Below are positions 27,935-38,500 of a stretch of 56,759 nt of DNA, piece by piece. Position 1 is the first letter of the stretch; each line of letters opens with the position of its first letter. Position numbers and translations under genes: made by a program. Source of the DNA: Bacteroidota bacterium (GTDB lineage Bacteria > Bacteroidota > Bacteroidia > Chitinophagales > Saprospiraceae). Below the pieces are notes generated by a model that was not told the DNA's origin, searched no databases, and saw nothing but the letters and a program-made list of their open reading frames with translations. The DNA lies in the NCBI GenBank assembly GCA_039178745.1, contig JBCDFE010000001.1, positions 1 through 56,759 on the forward strand, written 5' to 3'.

Positions 27935-29353
27935 CTATCGACTGACCTGAAAGACTTTTACAGCAGCTCTTCCATCTGTACTGAATAACCTCAAACTGTA
28001 CATACCGCGATCAAGCATGGAGATGTCTATGGGAGAGTTATTCAAGCTGGAATCACCTAAGCTCAGGGTAAGGACCTGCCGACCGAGCATGTCTACAAGC
28101 TCCAATTCTTGCCAGCTAATTGCTGTCGGAAGGTCGAGATAGAGTTCACTTTGAGCAGGATTGGGATAGATCATTAATTCATCACTGAGAGACTGATCGA
28201 CTACACTGGTAGCACAAGCTGCTGTTTGGAAGATGGTCAGATATAGATTGTCGCCAGAGTGGATGTAGCAATTGCTGGCAGTCGTCTGGCTGCGATGTTC
28301 GCCAATTACCGGGCTAAGTTCACCGTCGTAGCTCAATCCGTATACTCTGAGCTCTTCAGTACTGGCACCTTCAAAATTATAGAAGGAGTCGAGTATGATT
28401 TCTATTAAATTTTGGTCGCTGTCGGTCAGTAAGAAGGCATAGTGCTCACCTGGAGGCGTCATGATGTTATTCTGGATCAGGATCATATCATCTTCTCCAT
28501 CTGTGGCGCAATTATCTACTTCGGTTACCCAGGCAAAGCCAGCCGTTAGGCTTTCCTGACAAGTAAAGGTGGCACATGCATTTTTGGTGACACTTAGGTA
28601 GAGGTCCGACCTGGAGTGGGCGTAGCATCCGCTGGCGGTAGTTTGCATTCTATTGGAGCCAATGGCTGGATCTAAATCACCGTTGTAGCTGATGCCATAT
28701 ACCCTAAGGGTAGCATCGCCTGTTCCCTCAAAGTCGTACACGGAATCCTGAATGACTTCCAGTAGCATCTCGTTGGTATCTGTAAGGAGATAGGCGTAGT
28801 TTTCACCCACTGTACCACCTATACTATTTCGGAGCTCCAGGCTATCTGATTGTCCATCTGTAGGGCAAATATCTACCAGGGTTACCCAGCCAGTAGTTGC
28901 TGTAGCGTGTTCTGTACATACATTGGGGTCTCCTTCGTCTGCCGGTTCACCAAAGTCTCCGGTTGCCCACAGTAGGTTGAAAGACACGCAGTAAAATACC
29001 AAAAAGTCGTAGTCGTTAATCCCAATTCCGTCAGATACATTTATGGTAAGGCCACCACTAAAGTGATTGAGATCGCTCAGATTGGCAATTTGTACGGCCC
29101 CTGACAAGCTAATGGAGTTATTCAAGTATACGCGCACATCTGGCCCAACGGGCGTATCGAAGTCGTTAGACAATACCACTTGCAGGCTGCCATCATCGAA
29201 AGCGCGTAGATGGGCCTGACCATCTATGACATAATTAGCATCTTCGAGTTGAGCGGTTCGTTCAGCGGTTTGATTCTGGGCTGAAACACCTACAGTAATG
29301 TTGCAGACTAAGAATATAGTGCAAAGCAGTTGAGAGAATGATCGGGTGTTCAT
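27935..29353 (-). CDS. T9SS cargo protein: DM13 domain plus two internal ~115-aa repeats
   Basis: DFDTPVGPDVRVYL...YDFLVFYCVSFNLLWA (DM13); duplicated YA(Y/F)LLTD..Y(D/N)FEG..LRVYG.SY.G.L.P.IG..R.QTTAS.CY.HS; IYPNPA CTD. Confidence 0.85.
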   Translation of the reverse strand: MNTRSFSQLLCTIFLVCNITVGVSAQNQTAERTAQLEDANYVIDGQAHLRAFDDGSLQVVLSNDFDTPVGPDVRVYLNNSISLSGAVQIANLSDLNHFSGGLTINVSDGIGINDYDFLVFYCVSFNLLWATGDFGEPADEGDPNVCTEHATATTGWVTLVDICPTDGQSDSLELRNSIGGTVGENYAYLLTDTNEMLLEVIQDSVYDFEGTGDATLRVYGISYNGDLDPAIGSNRMQTTASGCYAHSRSDLYLSVTKNACATFTCQESLTAGFAWVTEVDNCATDGEDDMILIQNNIMTPPGEHYAFLLTDSDQNLIEIILDSFYNFEGASTEELRVYGLSYDGELSPVIGEHRSQTTASNCYIHSGDNLYLTIFQTAACATSVVDQSLSDELMIYPNPAQSELYLDLPTAISWQELELVDMLGRQVLTLSLGDSSLNNSPIDISMLDRGMYSLRLFSTDGRAAVKVFQVSR

Positions 29354-29528
29354 GATAGTTACCTTGTTGCCTACAAAAGTAACACAGGATCTCGGCTAAT
29401 GAGCATTGAATTTAGCTATTTGCCGTTTCACGTCTTTGTGATTTAGGCCTATTTATCAAGTACTTGCGTTTATACAACCTTTAACTTGTCAAAGATCCAA
29501 CCTGCCCCAACTAGATTAGCTGTCTGTT

Positions 29529-30200
29529 TTATCCCTCTACAGCGTCCCTCAAGATGTAATAGAATTCATTGGGATCATCGTAGTTTAGGTGCAGGGTTCC
29601 TCTGAATTTTTTGAAGTCATCTACACTGTATCTGACTCGGTCACTTTTCAGATATAAACTAATTACGGATGCCGGGCTCGCTTGCCCACAAAAGAAGCAG
29701 GAAGCATAAGGATTGGCCGATAAAGACAAGAATTCGCCATCCAAATCGAATGGAATCACGTAGCCTTCTATAAGCACCTCTTGTCCATCCAGGGCTTTGT
29801 GCTCATCGGTGAATACGGGTACGTATATCTCCATTTCCAACTCTTCGAAGTACTTGAGTTCATACTCGATATTCGTTAAAAAATCCCATCTTATCTCGAC
29901 GGGTTTTGCGCTCGTATTGGCTAGATAGGTGGTTGATGTGAAATGAGTTTCAATAGTCTCAGGTTCCCGTGTAATTTCCAGATTTGGAGATGGCTCTTCT
30001 AAGGTTGGGCTATTTACTGGTGAAGAGCTCGTCGCTATCGATACATCCACGAGACCCTTGGTTTCTACTGGCGGATAATTGTCTGCGAGCTGCTGGTGTA
30101 TGGCCGCTCTACCAAAGCCCAAATGCTCGCAGACTTTTTCTTGGGTTAGTACAACCGTACACAAAATGAAGGCCAGCAGAAGTTTTACACTCTTTTGCAT
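29529..30200 (-). CDS. DUF3299 family protein
   Basis: LDGQEVLIEGYVIP, PYASCFFCG, FRGTLHLN. Confidence 0.8.
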   Translation of the reverse strand: MQKSVKLLLAFILCTVVLTQEKVCEHLGFGRAAIHQQLADNYPPVETKGLVDVSIATSSSPVNSPTLEEPSPNLEITREPETIETHFTSTTYLANTSAKPVEIRWDFLTNIEYELKYFEELEMEIYVPVFTDEHKALDGQEVLIEGYVIPFDLDGEFLSLSANPYASCFFCGQASPASVISLYLKSDRVRYSVDDFKKFRGTLHLNYDDPNEFYYILRDAVEG

Positions 30201-30206
30201 ATCGAA

Positions 30207-31628
30207 TTAGTTTTCAGACAAGGTTTTAGACACATCCATCCGCATAGCTTGCCATGCGGGTAGGAAAGCAGCAATCATGCCTACTAGGAATGTAATGATA
30301 AGCAGCCAAAATTCTCCACCCACGTAGCCCATGTCAAATTGCTGGTTGAAGTCGCTTTCTGTTTGCCTATTGATGATGTACATACCCGCGCGGCTTAATA
30401 TCCATCCTAACGCATAGCCAAGCGCGGCAAGTATAAGGCCTTCGAGTATCAATAAACCAAATAAATCCGAAGGCCTGTAACCAACCGACCGCATGAGCGC
30501 CAATTCGTATTTGCGTTCCCGCATGCGATTGTAGAGTACGAAGAAAACACTGAATCCTGCCATGAGCATAATACCGCCTGCAATAAGCTTTAAGGTCGTT
30601 GCGCCCAATCCAAGCATATAAAACAAGCGGTTAATCTCCAAAGACGGAATAACAGCCTGCATATTCGTTTGCTCGTTTATGGTGCGCGGCATGCTGTACA
30701 CAACCCGCTTGCTCTTGTAGCGTATAAGTACAGCGGTGATTTCCATGTTGTCATTTTCTCCTAAATAGAGATCCTGATCCCCTGGAGTGCTTTCGAGATA
30801 TACGGATCCTGAAAGGTTATTGTTTTCTGAATGCTCATGGCCATGTCCTTCGTGATCATTTTCTGCATGTTCTCCATGCTCATGTCCGTGATCTGAATGC
30901 CCTTCGTGGTCTGCATGTTCTCCATGCTCATGTCCGTGATCTGAATGTCCTTCGTGTTCATGTTCTTCATGCTCATGTCCATGATCTGAATGTTCTCCAT
31001 GATCATGCCCTCCATGGTCGTGCACACCCCAAACACTCTCTACCGACGTAAGGACCAGCTGATCTAGAATGGTATTGCTCCTTTCCAAGATTCCAACAAC
31101 GGTATAGGGATGATCCTCATGCACATCACCACCTCCATTGACCTCTCCATGTGTACCTACAAAAACATCTCCCACTTTCAAACCTGTTTTTTCCGCTATC
31201 TGAGCCCCAATGGTAGTCTCCATAGGTTGGGCAAAGACCCGACCGGACTTGATGACCGCATCGTATTTCTCCATGTATGCTTCGGTCGTTCCTAGGATAC
31301 GATAACCTCTGTAACTATCGCCATAAGCCAATGGAATGGCCTCGGCGACCATGGGGTTTTCCATAATTTGCCGAGCATCAGCCAGTTTGATGTTTCCAGT
31401 CGGCGCATCTAAATGATAAACAGCGGAAAGGACGAGTTGTAGCGGACTGCCTTTCGCACCGACCACCAAATCGGTGTCCTTTAGATTTCGCTCTAGTTTT
31501 TCTTCGAATTGGTGCTGTATGAGGATCAATAGGGAAATAATCGCTACACCAAAAACAAGCAGGCTAACGCAGAGAATGGAATTCAGTGGCTTATGGAGGA
31601 TATTCTTCCAGGCTATTCTTCCGATCAT
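30207..31628 (-). CDS. MacB/FtsX-type ABC permease with His-rich insertion
   Basis: DLVVGAKGSPLQLVLSAVYH, PTGNI, AIPLAYGDSYRG, ERKYELALMRSVG; ~70-aa H/E/G/D tract. Confidence 0.9.
   Translation of the reverse strand: MIGRIAWKNILHKPLNSILCVSLLVFGVAIISLLILIQHQFEEKLERNLKDTDLVVGAKGSPLQLVLSAVYHLDAPTGNIKLADARQIMENPMVAEAIPLAYGDSYRGYRILGTTEAYMEKYDAVIKSGRVFAQPMETTIGAQIAEKTGLKVGDVFVGTHGEVNGGGDVHEDHPYTVVGILERSNTILDQLVLTSVESVWGVHDHGGHDHGEHSDHGHEHEEHEHEGHSDHGHEHGEHADHEGHSDHGHEHGEHAENDHEGHGHEHSENNNLSGSVYLESTPGDQDLYLGENDNMEITAVLIRYKSKRVVYSMPRTINEQTNMQAVIPSLEINRLFYMLGLGATTLKLIAGGIMLMAGFSVFFVLYNRMRERKYELALMRSVGYRPSDLFGLLILEGLILAALGYALGWILSRAGMYIINRQTESDFNQQFDMGYVGGEFWLLIITFLVGMIAAFLPAWQAMRMDVSKTLSEN
30862..30956. 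repeat. 48-bp near-perfect tandem duplication encoding HEGHSDHGHEHGEHA(D/E)
   Basis: 38-nt block TCTGCATGTTCTCCATGCTCATGTCCGTGATCTGAATG identical at 30862 and 30910. Confidence 0.9.
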
Positions 31629-31629
31629 T

Positions 31630-32274
31630 TTATGCGCTTTGAGTTAAAGCCTCTAACTCCACACTAGTCTCGATCTCTGATTTGAGCCGATCATCGTGAG
31701 TCACCACAATAAGGGCCGCCTCGTTTTTTGAGGCTTCTTCCAGCAGTAGATTTATGACCTGAGAACAGTTTTTATTGTCCAATGCACTGGTAGGCTCGTC
31801 GGCTAAAATAACCTTAGGCTTATTCATTACGGCTCTGGCTATGCTGGCTCTTTGCTGCTGACCAACACTGAGTTGATTGGGATAGCGCGACAACAAGCCA
31901 TCGATCATCAGGCGTTTAGCAATAGCTTTTGCTCCTGATTTGCCGTCAGCAAAAGGGGAAATCAATAGGTTGTCTAGCATGTTTAACGACTGAATGAAAT
32001 AGGACTGCTGGTAAACAATGCCAATATGTTGCCCCCGATATTGGTCCAGCTGAGGCGTTGGGAAATCAGATATTTTTTGATCGTCAATGATCACTTCGCC
32101 ACTTGTCGGCTTTCTCAATCCAGCGAGCAAATGCAATAGGGTTGTTTTACCACAACCAGATTCCCCTCGGATAAGTAATGCATGACCCGCTTCAATCCGT
32201 AAATTGGGAAAGTGTATTGGCTCCGAGCCCGGATACCGATAGGATAGTTTATTGGTTTGAACCATGTTCATCAT
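31630..32274 (-). CDS. ABC transporter ATP-binding protein (LolD/MacB-like)
   Basis: GESGCGKTT, LSVGQQQR, ILADEPT, VTHD. Confidence 0.93.
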   Translation of the reverse strand: MMNMVQTNKLSYRYPGSEPIHFPNLRIEAGHALLIRGESGCGKTTLLHLLAGLRKPTSGEVIIDDQKISDFPTPQLDQYRGQHIGIVYQQSYFIQSLNMLDNLLISPFADGKSGAKAIAKRLMIDGLLSRYPNQLSVGQQQRASIARAVMNKPKVILADEPTSALDNKNCSQVINLLLEEASKNEAALIVVTHDDRLKSEIETSVELEALTQSA

Positions 32275-32298
32275 GCCTTTAACGTGGATCTGAAAGGA

Positions 32299-33273
32299 TC
32301 ACTTTTCAACAGAACGCACTTCCTGAATCAAGTGTCTACTCAATAACTTTTCAATGGCACTTTTTTTCACCTCTTTGCCAATAAAGACAATTTGACTAAT
32401 GCGATCTGAGCCCGGTTCCCACATGGGTCCATCGGTCAGCACAAAACTGTCTCGTACAGATTGAATGACAACGCGAGTCGGCGCATGCTCGACGGCTATG
32501 ATGCCCTTGATTCTATATACCTGGTGCCTGTATAGCCTGGTCAACTTGACCAATTCATGAGCTAATGAATCCAATCGAAAAGGCCGGTCGAAGCTCAGTG
32601 TAAAAGTCGTTATGTCATTGTGTCTATGAGAACCTACTGGTGCCAGTTCTGCAATCTGACGCGTTTGTTCATCGTGAAAGGGCTTAATTTCGAGTATCTC
32701 GTCAATGGGGAATATACCCTGTTGACCAGTATAAATTGAAGCTGTTGGATGAATGCCGCGAAGCAGATCCGAAACCTGTTCAAGTTCTGATGGAGAGACT
32801 CGATCAGACTTGTTGACCAACACGACGTCAGCACTGACCAATTGACGGCGACTTTCGTCGGTAGTATTTAGATTCTCTTCTATGTAGGCCGCATCTGCCA
32901 GGCAAATAACGAGTTGTAAGTCAAAAACGCGTTCTACCATTCGGTTACCCAGAAACGTCTGAATGATGGAGGTCGGATCAGCAACGCCAGTGGTTTCTAT
33001 AACCAGGCGATCGTATTCACCCCGCCGCATGCTTACCTCTTCCAAGACGTTGAGCAACTCGTCGTGCAAAGAGCAGCACAAGCAGCCAGCGGTCAATCCT
33101 GCAATATCTTCATCTCCGTTCATGACCAGCTCGCAGTCGACATTGACCTTGCCCACTTCGTTCTCTATGACGAATAGCCTTTCATCAGACCGCTCGCTAA
33201 TCAGGTGATTTAGGAAGCTCGTTTTTCCCGAACCCAAAAAACCGGTGATTAGTAATACCGGAATTCTTTGCAT
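32299..33273 (-). CDS. COG0523/CobW-family G3E GTPase (metallochaperone)
   Basis: TGFLGSGKT, ENEVG, GCLCC, IETTGVADP, NKSD, YRIKG. Confidence 0.93.
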   Translation of the reverse strand: MQRIPVLLITGFLGSGKTSFLNHLISERSDERLFVIENEVGKVNVDCELVMNGDEDIAGLTAGCLCCSLHDELLNVLEEVSMRRGEYDRLVIETTGVADPTSIIQTFLGNRMVERVFDLQLVICLADAAYIEENLNTTDESRRQLVSADVVLVNKSDRVSPSELEQVSDLLRGIHPTASIYTGQQGIFPIDEILEIKPFHDEQTRQIAELAPVGSHRHNDITTFTLSFDRPFRLDSLAHELVKLTRLYRHQVYRIKGIIAVEHAPTRVVIQSVRDSFVLTDGPMWEPGSDRISQIVFIGKEVKKSAIEKLLSRHLIQEVRSVEK

Positions 33274-33285
33274 GCGCTCTATAGA

Positions 33286-33741
33286 TTAAGTGTTAACGCA
33301 ACAATCGGGATCGTCGCATTGGCAATATTTCAGATTGTATAAATGTAGACCGACAAGTGCAAAAGCAGCACCGTACTTCCACAATTCAGAGAGAGGGGCC
33401 AGTTCCAATTTTTCATTGACAATCAGTAAGGTCAATACCGCCCAACTGCCATACAGGGCATATTTGATCCACGACTTGCTCGTGTTCCTGGAAGAAAAAT
33501 AAACGGCGACCAGGGTAATGCCTATAAATAGGTAATCGAGCATGCTCCACCATCCCGGACTCGTCTCGCAGCAGCCGGTGACCGAACAAGTTTGTGCCAC
33601 AAATAGAAAAGGCGTACTCAAACAATGAACTGCACAAAGCCCACTGGCTAGGGCTCCGACTACGTCTGACTTGGGCTGAAATGGGGCGTTGCTGGTAAGC
33701 ACTTTAGACAATTTTGGGAGACTATTAAGGAAAGGAGCCAC
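33286..33741 (-). CDS. MerC-domain membrane protein
   Basis: DVVGALASGLCAVHCLSTP motif; Cys-rich C-terminus. The true start may be TTG 33711 or GTG 33702, because GTG 33741 overlaps a TATCTTTG -7 box. Confidence 0.82.
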   Translation of the reverse strand: MAPFLNSLPKLSKVLTSNAPFQPKSDVVGALASGLCAVHCLSTPFLFVAQTCSVTGCCETSPGWWSMLDYLFIGITLVAVYFSSRNTSKSWIKYALYGSWAVLTLLIVNEKLELAPLSELWKYGAAFALVGLHLYNLKYCQCDDPDCCVNT

Positions 33742-33763
33742 AAAGATAGAGGATCTATCTTAT

Positions 33764-33778
33764 TGCAACAAGGTTGCA
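33764..33778. promoter_or_regulatory. candidate Zur (zinc) operator
   Basis: Perfect palindrome TGCAAC-AAG-GTTGCA 15 nt upstream of the minus-strand -7 box TATCTTTG (33741-33748) heading the MerC/COG0523 operon. Confidence 0.65.
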
Positions 33779-33789
33779 TTAAATAAATT

Positions 33790-33819
33790 AAAAGCCGCCG
33801 AGACGAAAGTCTCAGCGGC
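33790..33819 (-). terminator. intrinsic-terminator-like hairpin in a divergent intergenic region
   Basis: GCCGCcGAGAC-GAAA-GTCTCaGCGGC, followed by TTTT on the minus strand. Confidence 0.5.
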
Positions 33820-33920
33820 CAAATATAAAAAGAGGTTACTTGATTCTCCTTATGTGCTATCGCAGAATCACGATAGTGCTGATTATCTTTACATTTGAAC
33901 ACAGAAATATTGAGCACTTA

Positions 33921-35144
33921 ATGAGCACACCCCGCGAATTCGACCTTATCATCTTCGGTGCCTCTGGCTTTACCGGCCGCCTGGTTGTCGAGTACATATT
34001 TCAGCAATACGGGAGCAGCAGCGATCTAAAGTGGGCGATGGCCGGCCGGAATCGAGGAAAGCTGGAGGAGATAAGAGATGAAGTCGCCAATAGCTCTGTG
34101 CCCATCGTCACAGCCGACAGCCAGGATGTTGATAGCCTCAATGCCATGTGCCTGCGTACCAAAGTAGTCTGTACCACGGTAGGGCCTTATGCCAAATACG
34201 GCTCTAAGCTCGTAGCCGCATGTGTCGAGAACCAAACCGACTACTGCGATCTGACGGGCGAGGTTCAATGGATGCGCCGTATGATCGATCAACATCACGA
34301 TGCCGCCTCAAAGGCAGGTGTTAAAATCGTACACACCTGCGGCTTCGATTCCATTCCTTCTGACATGGGCGTATTTTTTGCCCAGGAAGAGGCAAAGGCC
34401 AGAACCGGCCAGTATGCCAAACGGATTAACATGCGAGTCAGGGCGGCAAAAGGAGGCATTAGCGGCGGTACCTATGCCAGCCTGGGCAATGTCATGGAAG
34501 AAGCCGCTCAAGACCGAGAGGTGTACAAAACACTGGTTAATCCCTACGGCTTAAATCCCGATGGTGAACGAGAAGGCCCCGATGGCAGGGACCTGCGCAG
34601 CGTCAAATACGACAAAGTCTCCAAAAGCTATATTTTTCCATTCATCATGGCTGGCATCAATACCAAGGTGGTCAGGCGGAGCCATGCGCTTTCAGCTTAT
34701 CCATACGGTGAAGACTTCCGATACGACGAGGCCATGATGGGGGGCAAAGGGTTTACCGGCAGAATGAAATCCAATATTGCGGCTCTGAGCCTCGGTATTG
34801 TCATGACAGCCAAGCCGGGATCATTGCGCAAGAAGCTCGTCGATCGCTTTCTGCCTGATCCGGGAGAAGGCCCCAGCCAATCGCAACGCGAAAATGGCTT
34901 TTACAAGCTCTTGTTTTTTCTATCATTTGCAGATGGCCAAAAAGCTAAAGTCACCGTCACTGGCGACCGCGACCCCGGTTATGGCTCTACCTCAAAGATG
35001 CTGGCTGAAAGTGCCATTTGCCTGGCTAAAGACGACTTGAAGAGTGGGGGAGGAGTATTAACGCCTTCCACCGCCATGGGGCAAGCTCTACTGAATCGTT
35101 TGATCGACAAGGCAGGATTGACCTTCAAGTATAAGGAGGCTTAG
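33921..35144 (+). CDS. saccharopine dehydrogenase-like oxidoreductase (trans-acting enoyl reductase family)
   Basis: IIFGASGFTG, AGRN, TTVGPYAKYG, YCDLTGE, CGFDSIPSD, DPGYGSTSKM; start ATG 33921 after TACATTTG. Confidence 0.9.
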   Translation: MSTPREFDLIIFGASGFTGRLVVEYIFQQYGSSSDLKWAMAGRNRGKLEEIRDEVANSSVPIVTADSQDVDSLNAMCLRTKVVCTTVGPYAKYGSKLVAACVENQTDYCDLTGEVQWMRRMIDQHHDAASKAGVKIVHTCGFDSIPSDMGVFFAQEEAKARTGQYAKRINMRVRAAKGGISGGTYASLGNVMEEAAQDREVYKTLVNPYGLNPDGEREGPDGRDLRSVKYDKVSKSYIFPFIMAGINTKVVRRSHALSAYPYGEDFRYDEAMMGGKGFTGRMKSNIAALSLGIVMTAKPGSLRKKLVDRFLPDPGEGPSQSQRENGFYKLLFFLSFADGQKAKVTVTGDRDPGYGSTSKMLAESAICLAKDDLKSGGGVLTPSTAMGQALLNRLIDKAGLTFKYKEA

Positions 35145-35206
35145 CATCCAGGCCTATCCTTAAGGCCTACGCAAGTAGATGATCTTACCTGGTAAGATGG
35201 ACTTTT

Positions 35207-35338
35207 CTAGCAGCCAAGCCATTTACTCAGTCCAAAAAATACGGCCAGCCAAATAATGCCTTTAATCAAAAAAAACAGAAAGGCTCCCCAGCCTAGGCGC
35301 TTTAACCAATTGGGTTTGCTTGTCTTATCGGCATCCAT
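35207..35338 (-). CDS. 43-aa hydrophobic microprotein (not in ORF track)
   Basis: Manual translation MDADKTSKPNWLKRLGWGAFLFFLIKGIIWLAVFFGLSKWLGC; the WLKRxG..FLFFLIKG..W pattern resembles small Bacteroidetes membrane proteins. Confidence 0.7.
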   Translation of the reverse strand: MDADKTSKPNWLKRLGWGAFLFFLIKGIIWLAVFFGLSKWLGC

Positions 35339-35573
35339 ACATAGATCAACAGCTAACAAGGATGGTAGTTTGCTGGTACGCCATCTTCATAGCGCCTCCT
35401 CGCATCGTCTGCTGTCTGACAAACTCAAATCCTAAAAGGAGGTTAAAACTTGCATAGTTACTAATGTAGCGGATCAATTAGTTTAATTTAGTTACAAAGC
35501 AAATTTATCCAGGGCTCACAGTATCACTCAATATTTAGGGTGCCTCTATTGGCAGTCCATAAACACACCCCTT

Positions 35574-38500
35574 ATGAAGTCAAGCATTACATTCCTGCAC
35601 ATCACATGGATCTGTTTCCTGTTAAGCACCAGTCTATCGGCCCAGGGTTTGAACCCGGTTAGCGAGATAAAGAACGGCAAACCATCTGCCCATCTGCCAG
35701 AAATTGCGCAAAGTTTACCCGATGGCTATAGCCTTGGCCGAGCCCAGCTTATGATCGACGAGAATGGGCTTGCTCATTACCGCATCCCCGTCTTACTACA
35801 TGGGCATCAGATTAAAGGGGTAGATTTTTTATTGCACGAAAGAACAGACGGACAGTCGCGGATAGTTTCTCCGACCATGGAGTTAAAACCTGTAGAATGG
35901 TCTGGAGTAGAGACGACTCAAGAGGAACGGATCAGCCTGATTCCAACCATTATCGGAACCCCGGACTGGGAACTGGAAACCAGCAAATGGATTTGGATGC
36001 CAGAAAACCTGGACTGGCGAAATACCAATCGATTGGTACTGACAGAGCGAATAGACCTACACACCAAAAATCAGCATCAGCATCTGCGCTTGTATATCAA
36101 TGTCGAAAATGCAGAGCTTCTTTTACTGGAAGATCGCGTGTGTACTTTCGATCCGGGAACAGCTGTGACTAGATATAGCGGTATACGCACCATACAGACC
36201 GAGCAGCAAGACAATGGCGGCTATATTTTACTGGACAAAACACGGGGCAATGGCATCAGAACGGTGCATAGCCAACTCGGTGATTTTTACGACTTCAACA
36301 ATTATTGGGATAACGAAAACGAAGCCAATGATGACGTGGCTACTGACGTGCACTGGGGCATGGGCGAAACCTATGACTGGTTTCTGGAGCGATTCAATCG
36401 TAACAGCTACGACAATACCGGCGTCGCTCAAGAGGCATTTATGATCGATAACTTTGCCAATGCTTACTACATCAGAGGAGGTACAGCTGTCTACTTTGGC
36501 GAAGGATCCGACTCGCCGTTTTCGGTTGGGCTTTTCGACAACCCATTTACTTCCCTCGATGTGGTGGGGCACGAAGTTGGGCACGGCATGACCCACTTTA
36601 CCTCAGGCCTCATTTACTCTGGTGAGTCTGGTGGCCTCAATGAGGCTTTCAGCGATATCGTGGGCATTAGCATTCAGGCCAATTCCGTGCCGGAGCAATT
36701 AGACTGGAGGCTTGGCAATGATTTCTCTTCCAATGGTGATTACTTCAGAGATATGGCCGACCCAAAATCATTGGGAATGCCAAGTACCTACGGAGGTGAG
36801 TTTTGGGAGTCTGGTTTGCCTGTGCATCGCGGCAGCTCCATGGCTAATCTTTGGTACTACCTACTGGTAGAAGGAGGAAGCGGTATAAATGATCTGGGCT
36901 ACAATTACAATGTGCCAGCAATAGGTATGGACAAGGCATCAGCCATAGCCTACCACGCCTGGACCTACTATTTCAGCGCGGGTACCGACTACCCCTCAGC
37001 CGCAGGACTGACTATGGTTGCTACTATAGAATTGTATGGTTGCGGAGCCGAATTAGCTGCTGTTGAAGAAGCATGGGCCGCCATCGGTTTGCCTATCGAA
37101 GAGCCCAGCGGATCTGCTAGTCGGTACGAAATCTGCAATTTGGCAGATGTAGTGGATTTTAGTCTGTCGGGCGAGATCCAGTCCGTAGAGTGGAACTTCG
37201 GAGATGGAACCACCACTACCGAAATCAGCCCCTCTCATACTTACTCAGCAGCTGGCCAGTACACCGTTACGGCCAGTGGGCAGACTTGCGCAGGTAGTTT
37301 TTCCTTTTCGTTGCCGTTTGACATACGCGTGCTGACATCAGATCTTGATTGTTCGGTCGTCAGTATCGAGCAAGCTGTTCAAAATGATATCACCCAATGC
37401 AGCGGATCGATGTTTGTAATAGGAGAAGGAGAAACTTCCAACTTTTTACGCGGAACTTTCTTCATCGATGTCCCTGATATAGACGGTTATGAGCTGAGCC
37501 TCACCGGAATTGGAAATTCCGCAATGTCGGTCAGTGTCGCAGCAGAAGTAGCAGGTAGCCTGGTGCAAGTACAAAATTTATCTCCTATTCCAGATGAGGA
37601 AATTACTGTAGAAGTACCTTATTCCAGGATACGGATTCGGGTGTTCGACTTTGATTCGCCAGCAGGAACGGGTATCGAATTGGGATGGAGCTGCCTGGAA
37701 GCTTCAGTTGCGCCAACGGCCGACTTTATATTCTCTTCTGGTGAAGAATGCACAAGAACCATTAGCCCCTTCGATGCTTCAACAGGCCTGCCCAATAGCT
37801 GGACTTGGCGCGCCAACGGCGAGATCGTATCTACCGATCAAAACCCCGTCATATTCCTTCCAGAGGTTAACACCTTCTACGACATAAGCCTAACTGTATG
37901 CAATGACATAGGCTGTGACGAAATGGTGCTGGAAGATCTGTATTATCTGGATGGAGAATCTGATCGCTGTACGGATGTTGTCATGGCAGATGTCTCCAGC
38001 TCTGCAGCATGTGCGGGCAGATTGAGAGATGTGAACCAGGATGACCCCTACTTCGAATTTAACACGCGCTTTGATATCATATTGAACCCAGGATTCGCAG
38101 TAGAACTGAACTTTAGCGTATTCGATCTACAGGAAGATGATAAGCTATTAATTTCTAGTGGTACATACAGTAGTAGCTCTGCCCAGGCCTTCGCCTATGA
38201 GTATACGGGTGCGGAACTGCAAAATACCAGCATACAATTTCCGACCAATCACTTGGTCATTAGCCTTGAGATGGGCTTTGAGGAGAATAATGTTGAGAAT
38301 CAAGGTTTTGACCTGACTTGGCAGTGCATAGCACCTGCGGTTCCTACTGCCTCCTTTAATATCGTTGTGGATGCACCCTGTAATGACCGCATTTTATTGG
38401 AGAGTACCAGCGCCAGTGTGGTAGACGAATTTGCTTGGTATCTAGATGGTCAACTCAGTGGTGTCGGTCAGAATGCGGTCCTTGATCAGCTTACGCCAGG

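Noticed and set aside
30830-31025. Possible CRISPR array
   Set aside because: The repeats are in-frame, coding and lack unique spacers; no cas genes
30761-31036. Met-rich repetitive 91-aa ORF
   Set aside because: Alternate frame of the His-repeat tract in the ABC permease
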